Assembly (NCBI RefSeq): GCF_038025025.1
Contig: NW_027117341.1
Coordinates: 1,736,001-1,800,000, forward strand
Length of the DNA: 64,000 nt
From: Phyllosticta citribraziliensis
Lineage: Eukaryota
Direction: 5' to 3'
Shown: positions 44,615 through 56,465 of the stretch, piece by piece
Layout: the number at the start of each line of letters is the position of its first letter
How positions within the stretch are numbered: the stretch's first letter is position 1
The notes under the pieces: generated by a model
Seen by the model: the letters and a program-made list of their open reading frames with translations, nothing else
Database searches by the model: none
Told to the model about the DNA's origin: nothing
Translations under genes and position numbers: made by a program

Positions 44615-46418
44615 CTAGAGCAGCGGAATGTCCTTGAAGGACGTGTAGACGGTCAGCGCCTTGCGATCGTCTTCAGACAGCGGCTCGTTGCCCGGACGGT
44701 CAATGACAAACGACTTCATGCCCGCTTCGAGGGCTGCCTTGACCTCTGCGACCCAGTAGTTAGCCTGCTGCCGTCCCCATGACTTGTTGTTGGTCGGCGA
44801 CGTACCCTTGACGTTGTCGCTCAGAAAGACTATCTCGCTGCACTCCTTGCCGAGCGCTTTGGCAATCTTTTCGTAGCTGGCCTTTTCCTGCTTGGGCCCC
44901 GCATTCTGCGTATCGAAATAGTCGGTGATGAGCGGGTTGAGGTCCTGAGATGCCACGGCAGGCGTCTCTACGTCGGGAACCTCTGCTTTGGCGTCGTCCT
45001 CGACCTTTGTCGTCTTGACCTTTTTCGCAGCGGGCTCTGCTGGGTCGACGCTTTCCTTGTTGGCGGGCTCCGTCTTGCGCTTCTCCTCGGCGGTTTCGGG
45101 AGCAGAGGGGGCGGATTGATCGTCCTCTGCTGTACCGGCGTGACCAAACAGAAGCTTCTGCGCGTCCACGCTTCCGGAAGAGAAGATAACAATCTGCTTG
45201 CCTGAGCCATGCCAGGCCCGCAGCTCAGGGACGACGTCTGGGTACAGCGGTGCGACAAAGGCGCCGCTCTCCCAGCCGTTTTTCCAGAGGTAACCTGCAC
45301 ACCTTGTGAGCCCCTGATTCCGTACCGTCGTGCATACCCGCAAAAGAAAGCACTGTGACCCGCCGATTTCGAAATGTCACGCCAATCGATGCGGGGTAAC
45401 GAGTATTGGGTGATTCGAGAGGCTCGAGAGTGAGAAACGGACCGATGTTGGCGACGGGCATGAAGAGTTGGCGACTCCACGTCCTGCTGCGAATTGACGT
45501 TGCCGGCGTGACCGGTGGCCCCGCACCAACACAGGCATGTCTGGAAGAGGCTCTCCGCAAAACGACGATGAAGACCCGTCTGAGGATAGCTTGCGGCAAT
45601 TACGTACCTTGGAGCTTCTTGAGATAAGGGACCTTTGAGTCTTGTTTCATCAGGTTGATGGCATAGTCGGAAAAGGTTTTGGCCGACTTTTGCGCCAGAC
45701 CTGGAAAGGACTTGACGTATCCCTGGAAGTCTGCATCTTCCCATTTGGCGTCGGCAGTCTCCGGGAGGACTTGTATGGCGTAGGGAAACTGTGAAAAGGA
45801 TGAGCACGTGCTGATTTGGAGTGATGTAAATTTGGGGATTGATTGGTCGGGATGCAAGGAAAGTGAAGCAAGAGAGCCAATCAAGCCAGTCAAAGGAGAG
45901 GCGATAACGCGGACCCAGCAACTAGCCGAGCATGCCGGGCCTGGCAAACATGTCGACGCTTTATTCCAAGCTGCCGGGGCAGAGATTGACAGTGGTGGGT
46001 GGAGCTCGATTGGATGAAGTGACGGCAAGAAGAGGTAATACTGCCGAAGAGAAGCGCAATGCGTGGCCCACAGCACGTATGAAGGATGGCAAAGTTTAAA
46101 AAAATGTAACAATGATAGATCGTGCCAGTGTGATGGTTTGGCAGCAAGGAAAAGGCTTACCAGACGCTCTTTGACGAATGAAATGGAGCACACGGTGCCC
46201 TCTGGACGGCGGGGTGTCAGCTTTGAGCAAGCAAGGAAGAGGGAGCCAAGCAAAGGCGGTTGAGCCGCACACGGTGATGGAGTGAGACGGGTGTAGGAGT
46301 AGGTAGGTAGGTCGAGGGAGTCCGAGGTCGGAAGCGGGGGAAAATGTTTGTTTCCAAGAGGCAACGCACCAATGTCGAGCAGCACGCACGTTAGCGGCCT
46401 CGATGAGTCTTGGGACAT
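44615..46418 (-). CDS. UTR4: Enolase-phosphatase E1 (methionine salvage, HAD family), 4 introns
   Basis: LLDI|EGTVCSISFVKERL|FPYA, LKKLQ|GYLW, IFSSGSVDAQKLLFG, YFDTQNAGPK, FLSDNVK|EV, RPGN. Introns 46202-46369, 45789-46160, 45295-45607, 44746-44805. Confidence 0.93.
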
Positions 46419-48768
46419 GGCGGGTGCAGAAGTGGTTTATTGGTGCAGTGTTGCGGGTGCAGGGCAGACGAGAAGAAGATGGGCCGGGATGGGCCGGGCG
46501 GTGGGCTGACGGTGAGCAGAAGGTGCTCGCTGACTCCAGATCTGTCGGTCCCCGCTGCGGGTCCGAAGACCCTGCGCGGGCCGAGATGGGGCGGATCCGC
46601 AGTGCAAGCTTTCAGGTTTGCTAAATGTGTAGAGACTCGATGAAGCATGCACGAGAAGATGATCAAGTGGCTACTGAATGATGGCCAGTGGCGCAATGGG
46701 GTGGTGGTGGGCGGGACAACGACACAGACAACAGTCGACAGCACAACAGCACAGCACACAGGACAGGACAATGACTGACCGCTGGTGTTGATGAATTCCT
46801 CGGGTTGGCCAGAGTGGAAGGTCGTGCATTAGCGGACAATGAAGCGATGCGAGGCGATGCGGTGCCTGCATGCAGGTCGACGGGGCGAGGCCAGGCCAGA
46901 GCAGAGCAGAGCAGAGCACGCGGTGTGCATGAAAGAAAGCCGAGCCATCGCATTCCCCAAGCAATAGCGTGCTTGGCGGCGGTGGATGAGGAAGAGGCTA
47001 CCAGACAAGCGTTGCCGTGACATGTGCCACCGTTGGGTAGGGTCGCGCAAGCGTCTAGACGATGGCACCACCTCTCCAGCTGACGTCCTCGTTGATTGCC
47101 AAGGGGTGCCGGCCACAGTTGTCGAGCCGTTTCAGGGAGGGCCCAGCAAGAGGCGGCGAGGTGGTTTCAGGCGGAGGGGAGTGGGAGAGGGCGCAGCGCA
47201 GCATGGCAGTAGGAGTGCCGGCAGTAGAACGTAGGGTACTGTACTGTAGTGGGCTCTGCGTGCTCGTTCCATTTGCAGAGAGGATAGGAGCAGAGAGAAA
47301 CAGACGCGATGCAGAGGGACGAGAGAGAGAGAGAGAGCCAGAGTCAGTGGCAAGGATGCCCATCCGGCCCACGGCAGCCACGTTTCCCCCGGCGTCATGG
47401 CAGCCAATTGTCGCGGCCAATCACGCTGCCCCCGCCCCCAGCCAGTGACTGGGTGCCCGCCCTCCTATCTCCCATAATTACTCGCTATCGCGCCCCAGCC
47501 GTTTGCCCCCCCTCAACTCTTCACCTTTCTGCTCGCCATGTTCTAACCTGACCCTCCGTCCGCCTTCTTCTTCCCTCGATCTCGCTTTCGTCTCGCCGTC
47601 CTCAAGCTCCTCGCTGTTCAATCCTCTCCTCTCCTCATCCGCGCCATTCCTTCTCGCCTCTCCTCATTCTCTCCGTTTCCGCTGCAACCGCCTCCCTGCC
47701 TGCCTCTGCCTGCCTGCCTACTGAGACGAGCCACCTACCACTCACCTCGCACCACCACCACCACCACCACCACCACGCCCACCACAACCACGACGCTCAA
47801 CCATCACCACCCCTCTTCCGGCCGTTTCCTCGCTCTCTCGCCATCCTCGTCCGTACACTCGTCCAGGCTCCACCCGTCCGTCGCGCCCCGTGACTCACTA
47901 CCTGCTCTCGGTCGCATCTCGGCTGCTGAGCCTCGGACTCGTCCGGCCGCTTTGACCTCGCACGTCATCACCGGTTCCATGCTCTGAGCCACCACGTCGA
48001 CTCACACTTGACTCCTCGTCTCTGCTATACATTCCCCTCCGGAGCTCTTTCATCGGTCCTCAAAGAACCTTCGCACGCCACCGCCAACCGCTCCGATTCA
48101 CCCTGCTGCTATCTTGGGCTGCGACCACGGACCTCCTCTTTGTTTTGGACACTCAACCCCACGCTACGCACGCCCTTGCGTCCTTTGTCCTCCTCCCTCC
48201 AACTCTTCCCCTCTAAACCTACGACTCACGACCTCCGCCTCCACCACTCCTCCTCTTCGACTTTGAGCGTTTCCTGCACTTCGACCACAACATCCTTCTT
48301 CGGCCACCCTTCCCGGAGGCCTCCTACACCTCGACGGTTCCTTTCCTACACTCGTTGATCCGGGTTCACCCTACTCCAAATCTAATACGTCAAATGCCAA
48401 CATCCACACTCCTTTCCTTCCCTTGTCTTTGAAGCTCTTCCTCCTTCCTCCTTTCCGTCTTCCGGCCTTTCCGCTCGACCCTCTGTGCATATCCTCGGTC
48501 ACGAAACTATACCACCTTTAGCGATTCGGAGTCTTCACCTAAAAGCGGTGTTTCCTTGCTCCTCACGACTTTTTTCACCTCTCGGCCTTTCAAATCTACG
48601 AAAATTTACATCTGTATCATTCTTCTTCCCACTCCAAGTCCTTCGGATCAAAAGCACAATAGACTTGGCTTGTTTGCTTTCTGCTGAGCGGATTGTCGGC
48701 TTGCTTTTCAAAAATCATCTCTCTGCCTTTTCACCTCTCAAGATCGGACCGCGCTCGACTCGGCTACA

Positions 48769-50847
48769 ATGGAGTGCATGAGAACCCAGTTCCAGGAGGG
48801 CACCATCTTGGATGGGCGCTTCGAGACCATCTCGGCCCTCAACCACGGATCTTTCGGCATGGTCTTCATGGCCAGAGATCTCCACACGGACGACATGGTT
48901 GCCGTCAAGTGCCTGACCAAGACCTCGGGCGCCACCATCAACGCATCAACATATCCTGTTGACGAGTATTCCGAGGAGCTGGCCATCCACCGTTCCCTCA
49001 ATGCGCACCCCAACATTGTCAACCTGATTCACACCTTTGAGAGCCCGAACCACATCTACCTGGTTCTCGAGCTTTGCCCGAATGGCGACCTTTACGAGGC
49101 CATTCGTCTCGGCAGAGGCCCTCTCGAAACGGAACACGTGCGGGACTTTATGCACCAACTAATCAGCGCCATTGAGTTCATGCACGACAAGGGCATCTAC
49201 CACCGGGACATCAAGCCTGAAAACATCTTCCTGACTCAGGACGGAAGTATGAAGCTCGGTGACTTTGGCCTTGCCACCACTGACAAGTTGTCCTTCGAGT
49301 CTGCCGTCGGTAGCGACCGCTACATGGCACCTGAGCAGTACGACTGCGGCACCACCGGATACTCGCCTGCAAAGGCCGACATCTGGGCCGTGGGCATCTG
49401 CTTGTTGAACGTCCTCTTCTCACGCAACCCCTTCGCTACCCCCACCGTCTCGGACCCTCTGTTCCGGGACTTTGTCAGCGACCGCCAGTCCCTCTTCGAC
49501 GTGTTCCCCAACATGTCCCAGGACACCTTTGAGATTCTCGTTCACTGCCTCGCCATCGACCCGGCCAACCGATCTCTCGAGGCCGTCAAGGAAGCCCTCG
49601 ACCGTGTCATCACCTTCACTACCGACGATGAGACGCTCGACGACTTTTGCGTCGAAGACAGGGAGGTGGTTGGTGTCACGGCCAACCGCGAGCCTCTGCG
49701 CACTCCATCGGTCAGCACTGCCCAACCTACTCTGGACGGTTCTTTCCCTTGGGCAAAGGCTCTGGCCATGACCCCACCTCAACCCGTCCGCAAGCTCTCG
49801 GCCATTCCCGACGACGACGACGACATTTCCGAAGATCTCTTCCCCGCGTCGGAGCGCCGCTCTCAAGACTGGTGCTCCCTCAAGCCCGAGTCTGCTTCGA
49901 TTGTGTCTTTTGTCGACTCGGGTTTGGGCATTTCGCTTCAGTCCTCTCACAATGTTTCCAAGCCCCGTCCCATCCATAACCCGGCTTCCCGCCCCATGGC
50001 CATTCCCGGCTCGATGCCTGCTCGACCCATGCCCAACATGGCGTCGGTGCTCGGCCTTAAGCAGGACATGGTGTCGAAGAGCTGGAGCGACCTGTGGGAC
50101 GAGGAAGAGGAGGAGATTGAGAATGCCTTCCAGCAGAAGCTTGGTTTCGCCGAGCGTGTGTTTAGCCACGAGACGGGCTCTGGCCGCACCACGCCTCGGG
50201 CTGGGCTTCGCGAGGTCAAGGACCCGGCTGCCATTCACAATAGCCGCAATCGCAGCCCGCCTGCGGCACCTCGCGTCATCAACGAGCAGACTGGCTTCGT
50301 CTTTGAGGATCTCCACCACGAAGACGACGAGGAGCCCAAGGAACAGCAAAAGCCTGCCCCCAAGCGCATCGTCAAGACTACTGTCGAGTCGACATCGACG
50401 CCCAAGTACTCTCCGCCAAAGAAGCGAACCGGCTTCGACATGGCCGAGAGGTGGGCGGCGCTCGGCGACAAGCGACGAGCTCCTCAATCGCCGAGCTCGG
50501 TCAAGACGGCCACTCCGGCGAGCATCGGCGGCACCAAGCGCGCCCTTGCTCTGGACTGGAAACGGGGTCTGGCAGTTGGAGAACACGCACCACTTCACGG
50601 CAGCGGCGAACATTTGGGCGTTTTTGGAAAGGTACAGGTTAGTGGTGGTGGACATGTGCAGCAGCCACACCACAAGGGACAGCAGCAGCAGCAGCAGCAG
50701 CACCAGGATTGGAGTTTGAGCAAGGACTGGCGTCGACATGCGACGCACCACCACGTTGTGGGTGCGCAGTCTTGCGGTCGCAGCGTCGTCGCTGACGACA
50801 TTGGCGACCTTGAGTGGGTTGGAGGTTGGCACGACCTCCACTTGTAG
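48769..50847 (+). CDS. KSP1: Ser/Thr protein kinase, Ksp1-like
   Basis: HGSFGMV, VAVK, HRDIKPEN, DFG, GSDRYMAPE, DIWAVG. The EGTILDGRF N-terminus, FTTDDE and SWSDLWDEE motifs fit Ksp1-type kinases. Confidence 0.85.
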   Translation: MECMRTQFQEGTILDGRFETISALNHGSFGMVFMARDLHTDDMVAVKCLTKTSGATINASTYPVDEYSEELAIHRSLNAHPNIVNLIHTFESPNHIYLVLELCPNGDLYEAIRLGRGPLETEHVRDFMHQLISAIEFMHDKGIYHRDIKPENIFLTQDGSMKLGDFGLATTDKLSFESAVGSDRYMAPEQYDCGTTGYSPAKADIWAVGICLLNVLFSRNPFATPTVSDPLFRDFVSDRQSLFDVFPNMSQDTFEILVHCLAIDPANRSLEAVKEALDRVITFTTDDETLDDFCVEDREVVGVTANREPLRTPSVSTAQPTLDGSFPWAKALAMTPPQPVRKLSAIPDDDDDISEDLFPASERRSQDWCSLKPESASIVSFVDSGLGISLQSSHNVSKPRPIHNPASRPMAIPGSMPARPMPNMASVLGLKQDMVSKSWSDLWDEEEEEIENAFQQKLGFAERVFSHETGSGRTTPRAGLREVKDPAAIHNSRNRSPPAAPRVINEQTGFVFEDLHHEDDEEPKEQQKPAPKRIVKTTVESTSTPKYSPPKKRTGFDMAERWAALGDKRRAPQSPSSVKTATPASIGGTKRALALDWKRGLAVGEHAPLHGSGEHLGVFGKVQVSGGGHVQQPHHKGQQQQQQQHQDWSLSKDWRRHATHHHVVGAQSCGRSVVADDIGDLEWVGGWHDLHL

Positions 50848-53800
50848 TTCTGCAGCAGCCATGGGAGAGCATTTTTTTCTTCTTCTTCTGACGGGGGTTT
50901 TCCTTTTCCCTTTTTCCTTCTTACTTTCTACTCATCTCACTTGCCTGTACGTGAATAGTCACGGTCAAAACAAAAAAAAGTCTTGAGTGGGAAGGGAAAG
51001 GAAAGGAAAGGATGGGATAGGATAGGTGGATGGTTGGCTGGTTGGTTGGCTGCAGAACTCGTATCTATGCGTTTCGATAGTTTGCCGTTGAGACGACTCT
51101 CGCCGAATGCTAGATTTACCCACTTATTCTACTGTGTCTCTGATGAAATTGTGAAGGCGTGAAGGTGCTTTGCTTTGGTGGTGCATTGTTTACCCGATTG
51201 CTCTTTGGGGAGGGTGTGCAAACAGTGTGGATAAACAGTACCTATATGAACGCTGCATGTACTGCATGTGCATACGTGAATCATCTACCCACCTATCTAC
51301 CATCTACCTGTCAACCTATCCTATCCCGTCACCAGCGTGTGTTCTTGAGGACACGGTAGGTAGGTAAACATTGCTCGCGAGCTCCGTTTCGCTTCGGCTC
51401 CCCACGCCGCCGCCGTGCCCTGCCCTGTCCTGCCCTGTTCTGCCCTCCGTCAGTTGGTTGGTTGGTTGACGCCACATTTTTCCTCTGGCGGAAGCTACTT
51501 CGGCGGACGCTAGGTAGGTCGGGCTCGGCCGAGGGCTTGGGCGTGGGCGTTTGTGGGGGGCGTGGCCGCCGGAGATTATAGCCTGACAGCGCTGCTTGCT
51601 GTATCTATCCCTTTGTTCCGGCCTGCGTGTGTATTTTTCTGATTGGAGTACGGTAGACGTGAGGGAGTTGGGTAGGGTGCGGTAAGGTAGGTAGGTACGT
51701 AGGTAGGTAGGTATGTGTGGACAGACACGCGGTGAGCCGCCACCACGTGCGTGCGTGCTGCCCTGTCTTCGGTTCCTACTACTGCCTTCGCAACCAGCTA
51801 CATGCACATGTCCAAAGTTACCCACCTACCTACCTAGCTAGGTAAGGTAGTAGGTAGGTCTGTATGTAGAATGCGAGAGAGGTAGCTTTATGGCCATTCC
51901 ATTCCACCCACCCCTCTCTCTCTCTCTTTCTCTCTTGCCTTCTTTGCTTGCTCTCCAGGCATTCCACTCCATTCCATTCCATTCCAAACCATGTGCAACG
52001 CAGCTCGCGAGCGCGTGTGTGCATGCGTGGCCGTGTCCCCTTCCTCTGCCTACCTCACCTATGCACCTACCAACTACAAAAAACAAAGGAAAGAAGGAAG
52101 TGAGTGCTACGTGCAATCCTCTCCCACGTGTTTTGCCGCCACCCTGCTGCTCGAATACCTTTCATACATGCCATGGCAGCTCCGTCTTCTAGTCTGGCTC
52201 TGGCTCTGGTTCTGGCTCCCGGTTCCGATAGTAGCAACGGAAGTAGAGTAGCCTAGCCTCGTGGCGTCGCTGACGGCCGCCGAACGATAGACCGATGAAC
52301 GGACCACAGAAAGGAACGGAAGGTGGAAGAGAGAAGGAAGGAAGGGTCCAGCTGCCTGCCGGCGCTCGTGCGTACGGTACGGTACCTGGCGCTACGCTAC
52401 ATGCGTGCGTGCGTGCGTGCGTGCGTGCGTGGGCGCGCTATACGCCTCGTCTACCACGGTCGGCGAGGGCTTGCGTACACTGCCCGCCTGCCCGCGGGCG
52501 TCGAGCTGAAGGGGAGCTTAAGGGGGGATGGGGAGCTGGGGAGATGGTGATGAGCGGATCTGCTGCGGCGGGGCGTGGGCGCGGAGCAGGAGAAGATGAC
52601 AATGACGAGGAGAGAGCATTGTGAGGGAGAGACGAGGCGGAGTTATTTGGATGGGAAGTGTGGAGATGGTGATGAGCAGAGGTCGGTTGGGGTGACATGG
52701 CGAGTGAGGGGTTTGGTTGTTGTGGTGTTGTTGTTGTTGTTGTTTACTGATTGCCTGACGTAGGTAGTAGGTGCGTAGGTGCGTACAAACACGCAGGTCG
52801 ATACCTCAGGCGTTGTTGGTTGCGCCCAATGAAACAAGAGGCAGCGTTGATGTTTTCTTCTCCGCCTAATCAATCAGGGTGCTTGCTGCCCATTTGCGCG
52901 TGTCCCCTAGGTACCCATCATCCACGTCGTCGTCGTCTCCATCCACCACCACCGCATCACCACCGCATCACCACCAAAGACCCCACTCAAAACCAACATC
53001 AACGACAGCAGTCCTAACAAACTTTCTCCAGCCGTCTTCAGTGCCCCATGCCCTCTCCCCTGCCCCTGTCTCTTCTCTTCCCCTGCCTGTCCAACCGACC
53101 CTGCCCTACCGAACAAAAAGCTTCTCCCCTAGCCGGCCCTCCGCCCTACCCTGCCCTACCCACCACAGGGCAAAGGGCAAAGACAAAGGCACGGACAAAA
53201 GGCAAAACGCGTGCGCCTCTGCCTCAATGCGCTCACCAGCAAGGCATCCACATACGCAATTGCAGGCATGACGGCCTTTGCGGGTGTCTTTTTCGGGACA
53301 TGTGAAGACGGACGGGGGTAGGCGATCCGACCTCGTCAGGGACTGTCTGTCTCACAGGCCGCGACGACAACATCAACACTTCCAATCGCCTCGCTGATCT
53401 CTAGGGCCAGGAGAAGGAGTCGGCCCTTACGAACAAGAGCACGTTGTATCCAGCGAGGCCTAGATCAGAGCCGCCCACGCGACCTGCGCTGTCCACCACC
53501 CAATCGGTCAGTTAAGCAGCACTGGTGCTTCCGCGCGTCCCTATCTCCCCTCCCAAACCTCCATCGCCTCATCGCCATCGCCATCGCATGCTTTCTTTCT
53601 TTCTTTCTTTCTGTCTGTCTCTCAGCGGCAACGAACCCAACCAATCCCATTGCAATAGTCAAAAAATCATCGAGCCAAGTCAGGTCAAGCGCACACACAC
53701 TTTTCCAGAAACGCGGCGGCGGCGCGCGCGCGCGCGCGGCCTCCTGCCTTCAATTTTCCGCCCGCTTGGGTCGGGTCGGTCGCGGAATAGCCTCCTCGTG

Positions 53801-54230
53801 TTCCTACCGCGCTGTCGGATCCTCCCTCAGCTAGGTAGGAATCGAGACAAACGAGAGGCGGCGGCCAGGGCCAGTCGGATCGGCGGGGATCTCTGTCCAG
53901 TGAGTGAGAAAGACGAAAGATAATCGTTGCTTGGTTGGGCTGGTTAGTTGATTCTGCTGTCTGTGTGTCGTGGAGCAAACGAATGAGATTTGTTTGATCG
54001 GGTGTGTTTTGTGATTGGCGGACATGTGAGAAAGATGAAATGAAATGAAATGATATGGAAAGGGCTGGCGGGTAGGCGGGTAGGTTGGTAGGGTTTGTCT
54101 GAGGTTGGATCACAATCAACGAGGCTGGCTGGCGCGGAAGCGGGTGTCTCTGCTACAGCCGTTTGGATTGGACAGATGAAATTTGTTTTGATGCCGTGGG
54201 TTTGGCGTCTATCTGTCTGTCTGCGTGGGA

Positions 54231-54273
54231 GTGGAGAGCTACTGTGGAGAGCTACTGTGGAGAGCTACTGTGG
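54231..54273. repeat. 13-bp minisatellite (gtggagagctact) x3.3
   Basis: Read directly from the sequence. Confidence 0.9.
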
Positions 54274-56465
54274 TGCTGTGACGTAGGTGCGTAGGGCATT
54301 GAGGTGTTTACTGCGGCTGCGGTTCCTCCTCGATGGTAGGGAAGGAAGTTCGTACATATTGTGGGGTATTTTACTTGCACTCATACTCCGTGAATGTGTC
54401 CACGCGTCTGTCAAAGACAACGCGGATCACCTTGCCTACCCACAGTATTGCCCACATCCAGTCGCCCTCGTGGCTTCATACCTCCATCCTGGCGCGCGAG
54501 CGAAGGGCAAGAACGCAACGCAGACGCGGCAGCGTTCAAAAGCTGCTAGCGGTATGCAGACGCGACCAAGACGAGCGAGCTACATACAACACATACCTAG
54601 CGTATGCAGGGCGCGCGCGGGGGGGCAGCGGGCCGTCGGTCGTTGACGGTCAACGGCTGGGCGAGGGCGAGAGGATCGGGAGATGAAGCGTCACACGCAC
54701 ACTCTGCGGGACAGCCAAAGCCGGAGTGGAGTGACGAGAGACTGACTGATTGACTGAGGGAGGGAGGAAAGGCACCACCACCACTCCATCTCAAGCGCCT
54801 TAGACGGCTAGCGACAGGATCTGTGTGCGTCCGGCTCATTTCGTCTGGTCCGGCTCGTCGGCGGCAGACACGCAGACCAGCCATGCAGACGACGGGATAG
54901 TCAGTGTGGATGGCCATCGGTGATGGCCTGCAGTGCAGTGCAGTGCGGCACTCACTCATTCACCAGCACCGCACAACCAACCACCCCACCACCCGAAGAG
55001 CTCCTCCCCTCCAGACACAGCTGCACTCTAGGCCTGTAGCCATAGCTCCCCGCAAGCCAAGCATCACCCATGCCACTCCCCCCAACCAGACCCTGCGGCG
55101 CCCCGGCGGGGCGCAGTCGAAGCCAAAGCCAAAAAGTCAATCTATTAGAGTGTGCGCTGCTGCGCGCTGCTCATCTCAATTCATTTCTTCCTTCGTGATT
55201 TCGTCGTGATGGAGGGGTGGGCGGACCGAGGGGGTTGACGGAGAGAAGGAGGGATGGAGGGTTGGCACTGCGACTGAGTTTGAGCTGCGTGCTGTGTATT
55301 GGCTTTGGTGGGTGGTGGTGGTGGTCGGAAAGATGCGGTGTGGTGAGCTGGGGTGGGGTGGGATGGATGGGTAGAAGGTCGCGGGCGGGCAGTAAAGGGC
55401 AGCAAGGTGGTGTGTGTGTGTGTGTGCAAGGTACTGCACACATGGGAGGAGCCGAGATGAGCACCTATTGCACGATGCTATTATCGTCGTTGTTGCGGCA
55501 GCTGACCATCTACACATCCAAACATCCCATCTCGTCGACAAACCTCCTCACCGCTCCCGCTTTTCCCCTGATCTGATCGCGCGCCCTCTACGACTACTCC
55601 ATATCGAAGCACCCCTTCCCCCCTTTCTCAACTCTCCCCTCTTTACCAATCTCCCCCTTTTTCCACCTCTACGTTCGTTATTTCACTGCCCCCTGTTCCC
55701 CTGTTGCTCCCCACCTTTGCATTCCTTCGGTTCATTCGGTTCATCCACCGACGTCTCCACCGCACCCCCTGAGCCGAGTGACGCACGCCGGCCCGTCCCG
55801 CCTCGCACACATCCACATTTGCCCCGCTTTTCATCGTTGGCAAAAAGGTTGCTGCAAGAGGAGGACGAATATCTATAGATAGGACAGAGAGAGACAGTGG
55901 CTAGTCAATTGCGCGACGTGCTTTCCATTCTCCACGAATTCCTTAACTCCACGCTCAAGTAGCAGAAGAAATCAGGGTATGCGATATCCAAATCCATTTC
56001 ATTAAGCAGAAACTCCTCCATAATGTGCATCACATCTACGCCGTCCAAGCATCCATCATCCATCTACAAACGCAATCCAGCCAGTGACGCTTTCCGATGA
56101 AACTCCCCTTCCTACCCGATAGAATGACAGTTGAGGAATTGAACAGAAGGAAAGGAAGGCACCGCTTCGAAAATGATGGCTCCGCTCAGCGCTCATTGGG
56201 TATCGTGGCCATGCATGCTGGCGACGTTGACGCGCTCTACAAAAAACAAAAGGAGAGAAAGGGAAGAAAGGCCGAAAGGGAGGACTGTAATTCTAATCAT
56301 TCGTCTGCGCCGGTCTAATGCGGGGAATGTTGTTGTTGCTGCTGCTACTGTACTGTGTTGTACTGTGTTGTGTCGTCGCCATGCCGGATGCTCTACTGTA
56401 TATATACGATACGGAACGTTCGCTCGTGCGACCGTGTCATATTCTCTTTCCTAGAACGCGCGGGC

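Noticed and set aside
51660..51862. (TAGG)n tracts as telomere-like repeats
   Set aside because: Not TTAGGG; short interspersed microsatellites of this kind are common across the window.
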